From Blastocystis sp. subtype 4 (lineage: Eukaryota), in NCBI RefSeq assembly GCF_000743755.1, contig NW_014569460.1, positions 1 to 38,292 of the forward strand: a DNA stretch of 38,292 bases. The letters run 5' to 3'. This document shows, one piece after another, positions 24,340-36,304 of the stretch. Below the pieces are notes generated by a model that saw only the letters and a program-made list of their open reading frames with translations, was not told where the DNA came from and made no database searches. The position numbers and the translations under genes were made by a program. The number at the start of each line of letters is the position of its first letter. The first letter of the stretch is position 1.

Positions 24340-27300
24340 ATGGATTTCAAAACCGTTATTAAGAAGATTAACAGTGGGAAGGATGAGGAGATTGCTGAAG
24401 GTATGTTTTGTCGATTTCATCGTGATGACCAGGTCTCCGTACTATTCTCCATGAATGTGTTGATCTAAGACGGAACGGAAAGAGTCCTATGGATGATACA
24501 GCCCTTCTCAAACAGTATATGGAGTCATCCCCTGCTTCAACAGAATTGTTTCAACTTTGGGATGATGCACGTGGAGTAAGAGGAAACTGATAGGTGAATA
24601 ATGATTTAGAGCTACGATTCTCAAGTTTTGCAACAAGTCTTTGAAATGCTAGGAGAAGTGATCCATTATTCAGATGAATCCAAAAGAAAAGAATTGTGCC
24701 TTATCATTTTTAAGAAGGAGCACTCAGATTTGATAGGGGCTTTTCTCTCAGATAATCCAAGTGCAATCAATAGTGTTTGCATCCTCCTCAGAGCTATTGC
24801 CGATGTTGGTCCTGCTGCTGTTCAGTTGTTCAGTCAACGAGTTCCCATTGCGACTATTCGCAAATTACCCGAAATGATTACATCAAAGAAAACTCGATAC
24901 CGAGTTTCTCGTTGGATTTCTGCCATCATTCGAGAAGATCGTGATGTAAGTGGCAAGCAGATTCTGTTGCGTCCTGATTTGATGAGTGCCTTAGCTGATG
25001 GTCTCAAAGAAGATGGTTTGTTCTTATTGAATGAAGTAGTCTCTTATTATTCCTTGTAATCCTAGTTAATCACTCTCTTCACTCAATACGTATTGCCAAA
25101 TCGATCTCTGTCACTTCGAATGAAACAGAGTTTCTTCTCATGGAATACTCTCTCTAGCTACCTTGAAGCTTCCACTCGATATACTGACAAGGCTCCTCTC
25201 CAACAGTTCCTCCTCGATATCTTCGGAGATGGACCAGCTGCGTTATATGGTCCTCTGTTGAACCTTAACTTCACATCTCATGTACCTACAATGGTCTATC
25301 GAATGCTATCTTCTCTCAATCCATTCAAAGTCTCCTTTGAACGGAAGTTATTCCTCACAATCATTCGAAGTCATCCTGAGGTCATTCCACTTCTCTTCGC
25401 AGACTCAAGGACGTTAGCTTCCTCCACAGATGTTCTAGTTGTCTCTGGCAGTACAGTGGAAACAGTGAGATCCAAATCTCTGATCAACTGGATGCTGGAG
25501 CCCCGAAACTCAGCAATGTGGCTGACTACTGTTGATTTCCTTATGGAAGTCATGAAACTCCCTCTTGTATTACCAGAAGAAGCAGCTACTCTTGCGGTGA
25601 CTAGTCCAGAAATGTTGGAGGAATCATTAAAAGCGTGGCTGTGGCCTATGGTACTGAATCGATCAGTAGAAATGTATAGTGACTCTTATCATAGATGATT
25701 ATCAAGGGACTCACACTTCCTAATCAAATTGTAGTAGAAAAAACTCTTCAATTACTCATTTGCATGCTTCAACGACTTCATGCAGTTGTGAAGAAGATAT
25801 TTGGGTTTGATACTGGATCAAAAGTGTTCTTAGGGAAGGTACATGGGGTGTTACCTGGACCTGATATCATCAGCAATCTCTTCAAGAAGATAATTGGTTG
25901 TGTGGTGAATAATGAACCGTTTGAAGGTCAAAAGAGTACAGTCGTGGAGAATTCAGAATCACAGATGGTAGTAAATGTGGTATCAGGCACCTTAGAACCT
26001 GAAGAGGAGATGGAAGTAGAAGAATCGAACCAAACTATTGAAAGTCTACTTCAAGTGGGATATAATTATTTGAAAGAGTTGATTGGATTGTATCCTTCAC
26101 TTGTAACTCAGATTCATATTGACGTTCTTCCTCTCTTCAATTCTGCCATACTCTTCACCAGCTCTTCTTCTCTTACTCTGTCTCTTCTAGGACTGTTGCA
26201 ACTTCTTATTGAAGCTCATAATACTGCAGTTGCTCAGACGCTTATCACTGTTCGAGGAAAGCAAAAGCCTTTATTCCTGTTGCTACAAGCTATCACTAAT
26301 CCTCAGACTGATGCTCAAGTGAAAGGATCATTGCAAACCCTTCTAATTGCCCTGTTCGAGGTGTCTCAGGTTTGTGTTGGTCTTCAACGACCTGAACTCT
26401 TGTTCCAGATCCTTCTTCCTCTCTTGCCTTCCTCTGCTTGTGAATTTCTTCACGATGTGATTCAGGATCTCAAGAATCAGAGGATTCGGTTCTTGGCACG
26501 CAGTCATAATTATGGATTTGAAGCACCTCTTCTGGCGCACGCTCTGTTATACTCAGCAATGCGTCCTCGAGCCATTGACTATGCGTGGTGTTGCTATTTC
26601 TGTCTCCAGATCCTTCTTCTGACCAATCCTGAGTCTATGGATGCTGTGAGGCGACTGATAGAGGTTACGTTAGAAGAGGCTCATCAGGAGAATAGTACGA
26701 TTGATAAAGAGTCTCTGCTCAATGGCTGTGTTACTGATGATCTTGCTCAGATGATGTGTACTCTGTTGAGATTCTGGAGTGTGGATCCTGAAGTTGGAGA
26801 GATTCGGGCTGTAGCTGAATTGGATATGAAGAAGGTTCTTCAACCTAACATAGATTTGAATCAAGTCTTCCATACCTTGGTATGGAATGATGTGATGGAG
26901 ACAGAAATATGTCAGATTGCAGAACAGTCTCCAATGGTTCTTGTTCTTCTTTTGTTAGTTCCATTCCGTTTTGAGAATTGTACTGTAAAGGAGAGTTGGA
27001 AGCGAGTTTGTCTCTGGGCCAATTCCATCCCAGAGTCCATATTGGCGTGGTTAACAACCTACACACGTGTGGCTAGTGACTTGAAGGATCTCTCCTTCCT
27101 TGAAAAGAGTTCACAGAGATCAGAGGCATTCAGTGTGTTAGCATTCTGGATGCTATGCGATCTCCAGCAAGCTACAATCCCAGGTCGTATTGATTGGGTT
27201 CAGTGGCTATTGGACCACATGGAGGACAAGGATGTGGAGATTCTGGTCCAGCTATTGCTTGAAAAGTGTCTCAATTTGTGGATAACACCATCTTGTTCCC

Positions 27301-30300
27301 ATCTCTGTCTTGCTGTTGTGTCTCGTGTCTGCTTACTAAAGGACCAATCAAAGCAAGCGGAACAGTGTTTCCGTTCACTAGTAACTGTCCTATTGAATCA
27401 TCTGGAACTTGAATATGCTATGTGTGCACTTGTGTCCCTCCAGCATCACTTATTTGCTGAAGAGAAGGTAAGTCTGCTTCATTACTTGATTCCTCGACTC
27501 GATGACTCTTCATTGGCGGAATCTCTCCTCTCTTGTCCTACCACACTGGAAGTACCTCTCAATTCTCAGCTTCTACAACCATTACTCGGTCATATCCAGT
27601 CAGAATTGGCAGTTCGGCTATTATTGGCCTCGTATCGTCAGCTCTTCGTCGTAGGTGCAGATTTGAACTCAGTAGAGGCTCAATCAGCACTGAAATTACT
27701 AACTACTGAGACAATCTCTTCATGTGTGTCACATCTCCCAACTCCTGCTTATTCCCAGCTCCTCACTACTATCCTCCGCTTACGACCAGATCTCCAGACA
27801 TGTTTCCTTCAGACTCTGTTCCAGCCATCAATGGACCAATTGTATCTTCAGTATTTCGCCGATCTGGTACCACTAGTCCTGATCTGTCTTTCTCATCCAA
27901 CTACAAAAGCTGAGTGCATGACAATTCTCCAGGAATCATCCTTCTATGGAGATCTCCTTCAGAAAGTGGTTCGATTGGATGCAACAGATGAAGAGAGAGA
28001 ATGTCTTCAAATCCTCATTCAGTTAGATCCTGTGTTCACCTCAGCAGTTGAGCGATTGGCTCTGGATCAAATGTGCAAGGATTACTATGATAGTTCTGTG
28101 GCTTCTGCAGCCCAATTAAAAACATTACTTCAGCTCTGTGATCTCCAAGGTGATATCTCTTCACACGCTTTGCGTATGCTGTTACTACGTTCTCTACAAG
28201 CTCTGGGTAAGCGATGGAGTAAGGAAGGAGTGTATGATCCTGTTACCTCATCTCATTGGGATCTATGTGATATGTTGTTGGATGCATGTATCATACGAAC
28301 GAAGGCTCTGAATCAAGTAGCGAAGAAGCATGGTTCTACTCTCGTGAAGCTCTCCAAACTAATTCTTAAGAATCGTCTCTTCGATACAATAGCTCTATCA
28401 CTATTGCGTTGTCTTCTGGCTGCTCTACATGACAGTGGCAGTCAAGAGTTATCAAGTCAGACAGTACTTACGTTGCTGGAAGGTCATTCCAATTATCAAC
28501 TTCTGCTATCTCGTGTTCGGGAGATGTGTGTATCAACAGATGATAACTCTCTACGAGTACGTTGGATGAGACATCGTGGTCATGAGGACTCTCTTGCTGT
28601 ACAGTTCCTGTTACTCATTCAATCTCTCCTTCAGAGAGATCCGCAGTCTCTATCTACTTCTCTCTTCCATCAGCTTCTCTCTCTCTATTCTTGCTCGTTT
28701 TCACGCACAGATCGAATCCTCCGAGATCTCTTTGTAACTCTTCATCAAGCCAATGTGGCCTCTCTCGAGTCCGTTGGCTATCTGTTTGGTCGCTTTGTTC
28801 CTGTCACCAATACAACCAGCATTCAAGTTCCTAGTACATGGCTACTGGAGGCAGTGAGTGGTTTACGTCTCCGCAAATCGGTTGAATCCTTCCCACAGTA
28901 TCGTGTGGAGAGTGTCGAACCAATGGAGGAGGAAGAGAAGGCTGCTTCAGGTGATGAATCAGAAAGTGAGGAAGAGATGCAGTATGGCTACTTGGAAGAA
29001 CTACGAGAGCGACGGGAGAGTGTCGATGAAGCTGGTGTAATTGTCAGTGAACCTCCATTTGACCCATCATTTGATTGTGTAGAGTCTTTGTTATCATCTC
29101 CACCAGAACTGGATATATCAGAACGAGATGCTGTACTGTTGGTTGATCCTACTCTGTACCTCCCTGCCTTGCACTACTGGCTGAATGCAGGCACAGTAGA
29201 TATTCGTGCTTATATTGCTCATGGTGTGGCTGGTTATCTTCTCGCCTGTCTGACAAGTGCCAATCGAGTGATTCGACAATGCAGTTCTTGCCTTCTTCAA
29301 CGTGTTTATGAGCTGGTCCTTGATGCTACCTTCTATGAGCAACCTCAAATCCGGTTGATACTAATGAAACTCCAGAATAGTATTCCATCACCATCGATTC
29401 GTTTGTCATCCATTCTTGCAAGCTTCCTTACAGAAGCTCTAGGTATTGCTTTGCGTCCTAGTCATGCTCTGTATCCTCAAATCAATCGATTCTTCCTCTC
29501 TCGTTCCACTTTCTCTTTGACGGACACACCTCTCTTCAATCAGCTCTTCCTTACTGACAAGGAGGACTATAAGCAGATGCGTGCCTGGTGTCTCCGCTAT
29601 CTCCTTCGAGGCCTTCAGAGTCACCAGGACTACAGTGTCCTAGCCAGAAGACATATCCTCTCCCAGCTTCAGACATTTGCTGTCTCGATGGCTTGTGATG
29701 AATACACACAGAAGTTGTGTGTGGCAATTATACAGCGTCTCTCTGCAATCTCACAGACAGCTGGACTACTTTATCGGAATGTGAGTCTTCTGCCATGGTT
29801 GATGTGTCTGCTAGATCAAGCGAAGAACCGTGTTATTGTCTATGCTGTGATGGTTGTGATTGAGCATCTGAGTGTGATCCAACAGGAAGAAGAAGCTTTG
29901 TTTGAGAGTAATCTGCTGTTAGCATTACCTCGTCTTCTTGAGGAGCTTCAGCATGGGAAGCCAGAAGAATTCCAAGGAGATGTGAATCGTGTGTTAGTGC
30001 CTTGTGTGGAGATGTATGAACGCTTGTGTGATCGGTTCAATCAGAATACGATAGAGGCTGTCATGGAACAGGAATTGAAAGAGCAGTTCTTTGGAGTGTG
30101 GTGTAAGTTGTTACAGGCTATTAGTGAAGCGTTACACGCAAAGAGACATGGAGAAATAGAGTTGTTAAGTGGATGCGAACTATCGAATGATGACTTCTAT
30201 TTGTTGTGTGATCCAGAAGTGGTACCAATAGATACATGTTTGGAGAAGATTCGTTCTTCGCTTCAGAGAGTCAAGAGGAAGATTCCATTTGATATAGAAG

Positions 30301-30344
30301 CTTACAAAAGTCAAGAGAATCTCTTTGAAAGTCTATTTATATGA
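24340..30344 (+). CDS. URB1: Nucleolar pre-ribosomal-associated protein 1 (URB1/Npa1)
   Basis: N-terminal LLKQYMESSPASTELFQLWD; C-terminal NopRA1-like DPTLYLPAL...FYEQPQIRLILMKLQNSI...PSHALYPQINRFFL...RAWCLRYLLRGL. Short 5' introns. Confidence 0.85.
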
Positions 30345-30346
30345 AT

Positions 30347-30364
30347 TATTTGTTAAATCAAACA
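30347..30364. terminator. Back-to-back convergent processing motifs: TATTTGTT (+, URB1) and TGTTTGAT (-, SENP)
   Basis: Plus strand ATA T|GAAT|TATTTGTT; minus strand ACA T|ATCC|TGTTTGAT. Confidence 0.75.
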
Positions 30365-30368
30365 GGAT

Positions 30369-32589
30369 ATGTGCCTTTAGAATCTTTAGTCCTAATAGAA
30401 GTCTTCTGTAGTTTCATTGGAGATTCTTGTATCCTCAGCTTATCCGATTCAGAGTTGGATTTGGATTCATTCTTCTCTCTATTGCAGCGTCCCCTATGGT
30501 TTGAGGGAAGGTAATCTGGATCCTTTTCTCTTTCAAATTCAATTCTGTCTTTCCGTTTACTCTTCCGTTTTGGTATCAAAATGACTTTTAAACATTCAAC
30601 TTCCGAATCATCACTCTCCATAACAGGAACTGGTTGTGCTGCAAGTTGATCAATGATTCTCACTATCTTTGTTCGCATCTCTCGAGGTTTACCAGCATCG
30701 ACTTGAAAGACATCGAGAAAATAGGATGATAGTTCAGATCGTGACATCTTCTTCTTCAAGAGAAACAGTTCACTATTATGAATCACAATCTCAGCATAGA
30801 TCAACAAGAACACACCACAATCAACCATATTCTCCTGTTGTGTAACCTATACTTAAGTCTATTTCTTATAGAACACACTGTTGGAATGTAGGAGATAAAG
30901 TTTCGACAGTTCAATCGATAATCGATTGATGGATCTTCTATCTTCATAAGTTGCTGCATGAAGATACGAAGACTGAACGAATCTGTAAATGTTCCATTAT
31001 GATATGAATCAATCAGAAGAATATATGGCTATGATAAATAGGAATTCCAAAAAATACCAATAATTTTGGCATAACTTCCAATTTTCGTCTTTGGGTTTTG
31101 ATTTTTTCTATATGACGTTGCTTTGCCTCTATAAACTCCTTATACACAATAAGAGGATCTTTGGTAACTGAAGCATCAAATAACATCATCTTCTCTTTTG
31201 TTGTTAGTAAATTCAATGGTTCATGAATCTGATTACTAAGCTTCTGAATGAAATTTTCCTGTTCCTTTGAACAACATACTGCCTTCTTCTTGTTGTAATA
31301 CTGATCTTCTCCAATAGGAGAATAATCAATACCAAATACAGTTGCCTCAGCTGCAATGTATTCTTTGAGATAAATTGGTTGACAGATAACAGACAATGAC
31401 CAATGATTTCTATCCATGAGTTTGATTCTGGTCCAATACTTATAAAAAACGGGAAAAATAATGAAATCCTTATGAAGTAAATCCTCACGGTGATTCCAGC
31501 TTCGAATGAGTTTTGTCATGGAGGCAGGATTCTTCTATTACTAAGATGAGTTGACTTCCAGTACAGATGACCAACGGTGCAACTGAGGATATATAAAACT
31601 CGTAGCAATGGCAAAGCGATTCAATATGGGCTTCACAATAGATAGAACTGTTGCTTCCTCGAAGTCCATAGACACATATGTTGGACTCATCTTCACTGGA
31701 TCATGAACCAACTCTATAACCGTCTTCCTTTCAATTCCAGCTGTATCAAGATAGGAATCAATGTACTCGGTTAGCATATACAGAAGATAGAAATTAATTA
31801 TACTGTCGTTTAACATATCTCCCTGTTGGAGTCGATCCTATACATCACCCAAACTATTCACCATTACTCGCCCACCCCTCGTTACATCAATACTACCATC
31901 AAAATAAGGTGATTTGTAAGTGAATAACACTTCATTTGGATCTACAATCACACATTCAAGAATAATCTACTTCCAGCACCTTTCCTATTAGATTTCCACA
32001 AATGAAGAGCTATATATGAAACATTGACAACAATAATCACTCTCTTTTGTCAAATCCGGATGAAGCTCCACAAATTGTATTGCATCATTAATGAGATTTT
32101 GAATAGATATATCAGAAACGTATTCAGTTTCACTGATACCAATTACATCGTCATGCTCATTTGATTCCGTTATAACCTTTTTGTTTCCACATTCTTTGCC
32201 TGAATCACCACCTTCTGACGAATTCAATGAAGATGGCCCATAACATACGTCTTCTATTCCATAACGAAACAGCAATTATCCCCAACCTTCTTCCATTTGA
32301 ACCTGTGAAGGCATAGAATTGATATGCAAAATAGGCTTGAAGGATGACTAGTACTATCAGACGCTATTAAGAATTAGCATACAGTAACAATCAATTCTAA
32401 TTATGTATGAAATGAGTATACACTATCATGGGAGTTTCATTGATATCTTGAACAGATATCGTTGAATTTTGTGCTAATCCTTTATGTATCCAAAGCAGAA
32501 TGGATCGGAAGCTATCTAGCAGATTTAGTGATTCGTGTTTCGAACTCGTTGTAGTTTCTTATCACCATCAACTCTCTCTTTGTAGCCAT
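30369..32589 (-). CDS. SUMO/Ulp peptidase C48 (SENP6/7/Ulp2-like), multi-exon; 5' end uncertain
   Basis: LQQGDMLNDSIINFYL, DFIIFPV...NHWSLSVIC, QQENMVDCGVFLL (catalytic His and Cys). Likely poly(A)-completed stop at 30369; genomic TGA at 30358-30360. Confidence 0.82.
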
Positions 32590-32668
32590 TTCTGAAAATA
32601 TAAAGATTGTTTGACTGTTTTCTCTAAGGTAGAAACGTAGAACCCCCAATTGGTCAATCATAATTTCT

Positions 32669-33862
32669 ATGAAATCTTTACGTGTTGTTGTGTCTGGTGC
32701 AGCTGGCTTGATCGGCTATAATCTCAGTGGTCTTCTTGTTATTGTTTCTTTGTTATTTTCATTCTTAGGGGGATGGAACTGTTTTCGGAACCGATTATGT
32801 AGTCGACATCTGCAAATCGTTTACATCTAGCTTGTAACCTTAGTACTCCATGATATTCCTCGTTGTGAGAAGAAACTCATTGCATTGAAGGCTGAACTAG
32901 AAGACTGTGCATTTGAGTATGTGAGTGGTAGGCAATGGATTGTGCTTGTTTATGAAGACATTCAATTCTTTACCACAGCTAAAGAGGCTTTTGCTGGAGC
33001 CGATGTTGTCTTTTTCCTTGCCAGTCTTCCTCTTACTGGGGATAATCGACGAAGTCTTCTTAGCAAAAACATTGCCATCTATCAAGACTTTGGAAGTAAT
33101 CTCAATGAAGTGGCAAACAAGAATTGCATCAGTATTGTGGTAGCTAATCCAGCCAACACTCTTGCATATGTGTTGATGGTAAATGCTCCTACAATTCCAC
33201 GAAAGAACTTCATTGCATTGAACTGCACAGATCACGACCGTGCTCGTTCGATCGCCCTTCGTATTTGTCGTGAGAAATGTATCCCTTTCGGTTGGCTCTC
33301 AAGTAGATGATCCTACGCTTCAGCTAACAGATATTGAAGGTATTACTACCTGGGGCAATCATGGTTCCACTATGTATGCTGATACCTCAAGAGCCACGAT
33401 TCGTGGTTCTCCTCTTCGTGATCTGATTCCAGACGAAGAGCTGTGGGAGAAAGACTTTGTGTCCCTTGTTGAGCGTCGTGGATGGGTGCTTCTGAACCTG
33501 CGTGATGGTGTTTCCAGTGTTCTTTCTGTTGCTCGAGCTAGTATTGTGGTGGCTCGCTGGCTCTTCCAGGGAAGCAATGTAGCTACCAGCTCTGTCATTC
33601 ATACATAGGGAAAGGTGGTTACTCTGGCTGCTTGTAGCGATGGTAATCCTTATGGAGTAGACGAGGGACTGATTTTTGGAATGCCTGTTATTTGCGAGAA
33701 TGGAAGCTGGAGATTTGTGGAAGGAATTGAAGTCAATGACAAGGTGAAGGAGAGAATTGCTATTAGTGCAAGTGCGATTTGATAGTTCATTTCATTGTAG
33801 AGGACTTAAAGGAGGAAGTGGATCTTGTTCACCAGGAACTAGAACGACTCGATAACAACTAG
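32669..33862 (+). CDS. Cytosolic-MDH-family 2-hydroxyacid dehydrogenase, candidate lactate dehydrogenase (6 introns)
   Basis: VVVSGAAGLIGY, ELEDCAF, VVANPANT, DHDRA, WGNHGSTMY, SDGNPYGV. The specificity loop ASLPLTGDNRRSLL lacks the MDH Arg. TAG 33860-33862; TGTTTGTT 33873-33880. Confidence 0.9.
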
Positions 33863-33926
33863 GTGTAATTCTTGTTTGTTTTACATTCCCGTGGAACTGT
33901 TTTGTCTCATTTTTTGGATACATGCA

Positions 33927-34428
33927 ATGTATTTGAGGAAGATAGAAACAGAAGAGAACTCTCTGGATTTCGAGAATCCAGTGTTGAAGCGAGAAAAAGG
34001 GCATTCTCCTAGGGATTCTTCCAAGAAGACGAAGTGGGATTTGCTACACTTTTTCATTGTAGAATCCCTGCACTATCCTCGTCAGATGCCCAACAAACCT
34101 CTCTTTCTGAGATGGTCGAACGTGAACGGTTTGATCTTGGCATTTTAGTATTATCTGCTTGTTTGAATAATGTTTAGCCTATTGAATCAGGTATTGTCAC
34201 AGGAGATGGGGATTGTGGCTTGAATGAAGAAGATCGGTTAGATGTATTTGTTTAATCGTAGATATTATTTGTAGATTTCGATGGGAATTAAATTGGCAAC
34301 TGCTGTATCAATGAAGCCAATTTCACTGGAAACAGAATCTGAACCTCCTCTTGAACATGAGGAATTACTCCCTGAACGTGCATTACTCCCAATTGAGCCT
34401 TTATCGGATAGTGACTTTGATGTAGTAT
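33927..34428 (+). CDS. Hypothetical small acidic protein (3 introns)
   Basis: Three 29-31 nt GT-AG introns give a continuous frame. Ends GTA T|ACTT|TATTTGTT (poly(A)-completed stop at 34428). Confidence 0.6.
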
Positions 34429-34430
34429 AC

Positions 34431-34451
34431 TTTATTTGTTTAACAAATAAA
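34431..34451. terminator. Inverted repeat TTTATTTGTT-T-AACAAATAAA formed by two opposing processing motifs
   Basis: TATTTGTT at 34433-34440 (+) and at 34442-34449 (-). Confidence 0.8.
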
Positions 34452-34458
34452 TCCTATC

Positions 34459-35833
34459 TTAAATGCCCAGCTTTCCATGTCTCCAAGCTGAATTCGCGCT
34501 AAAGATGGGAATGTACTTTTCAATCTTCGCACGCTGCTTCTGCACAATACATTCACAGATCCAAACAAGGTTTCGAATCTCCTGAAGCTTCAAATGAACA
34601 TAGCAATAATACGAAGCTACATCTCAAATTCTTCTTTCATGCCTACCTAAATGGAACTGATTATCGAATCCTCCTTCCAGCAGTCTCACTTCATTCAGAT
34701 AGAACGCATCATCCACAGACATCTGTTCACTCTGAATGGAACTAGCATAGATCCGACGATACACCCAGTATGGTTCCAAAGCACGACCCAATGACTCCAC
34801 ATCCTCACAATTATTCAATGGTTCGATTCCCTCAGGATAGAGGAAACCAATAGAAGGAAGCAAACTCTGACGAACACCACGAAGTTTGACCTATCCATCA
34901 GAACCTTCCTCAGGACAAACATCGTTATAAACGGTATTAAAACTATTCAGAATTAGATTGATTGCCATCGTATCAGCTTTTGTCTTCAAGATCTCACCCA
35001 TCATCTCTGATGTATATCCTCCCAACTCCTGGGTCCAATAATAGAAGTCTTCCAACCAGTAATTCTTCACACACTGCTCCATCATTGCCAATGATGTCTC
35101 TTCTAAGATCGATTTCACCACTTTCGCTCCCTATGGATCAACATAGTTCTTCATTTTCACATTAAGAAGATGATTCTCGGTCTGCTCGTTTAAGAAACGA
35201 CAGAAGTACTTTCCCACTGGAATCTCAACAAGAACGATCTGGAACAAGTCACGGAAACCCTGAGGACTGTTCTCAAATGCAGCAATCGATTTCATGATGT
35301 GGTCAGGAAGCATTCCTAGAGGATTGCATTCTTCCATCAACTCCTCTTTCGTCAGGGAAGGATTCGATAGACTCAGCTTGAGGATAAGAATGATGTTATC
35401 GATCATGAACTCATATCTATCAGTTACAGGAAGAGTTCACATGAATACGACGTGAAATCCATGAATTGCGCAAGAGGCTGCATAGCTTGAGCTCTCATAA
35501 ACGTCCATTCACTTGCAAGCTTCTTGAGAGCACATCGACGAATCGTGCTGGGAAGAATTGGGGAAGACTAACAATGAGAACCATAATGAACGAATAAAGC
35601 ATACCTCATCTCCTAAGAAATTACCATAGTCTGTTTCCTGTAAGTTAAGCTTCACATCTAGTTCGATTACACTCAAATCGATAACTACACCTACCTTCAA
35701 TATTCTCACATTGTGCAATGTGATGATATTCACTCTCTGTCAGGAATCCCGATTTGTAACCACGGATAAGGGCCTCATTGTAACCGTGGTCCATGTTGAA
35801 GGTATTCAAGTCTCCGCAAGAAGTAACTTCCAT
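34459..35833 (-). CDS. VMA6: V-type ATPase V0 subunit d, multi-exon
   Basis: [65 protein letters not shown]...KYIPIF. TAA 34459-34461. Confidence 0.93.
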
Positions 35834-36304
35834 CTCACTATACTTTCAATGAGTTCAAATATACTAAACCTGATCCAAACCAGAAATGAAGAGATACAGA
35901 CAAATCGTGGAAACGTAGTAATTCACGAATAAGCGCAATCTCTCTCTATCCAACTTGTTTTTCAATACTTGCAACATTTTGAAGTACTATCAATATGGAT
36001 CGGGACTCAATGAACACAATGGATCACCGAAATGTGTTTGTAGATAATTATTGGTGATGAACTTTATATGACAGTGAATTGAATGTATTATGGACTGTGA
36101 GAACATCTCTTCACGTTCCTATGGATTGATGCCATTCATCCTCTTATGAAGAGGAATCGATTGAGATGATAGGAATCATTGAGTATCCCTGACAGAAGAA
36201 GATGAATGGTACAGCTGAGTGATTGATAAGGAACAAAGATAAGAATTCATTAGTAAATGAGACAACAACTATTTAGTTTTTCACTATGCTGTCGAATGAA
36301 TTGA

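Noticed and set aside
32812..32843. Possible GC-AG intron in the MDH-like gene
   Set aside because: A canonical 32-nt GT-AG intron just upstream gives a good frame (FGTDY|LVTLVLHDIP).
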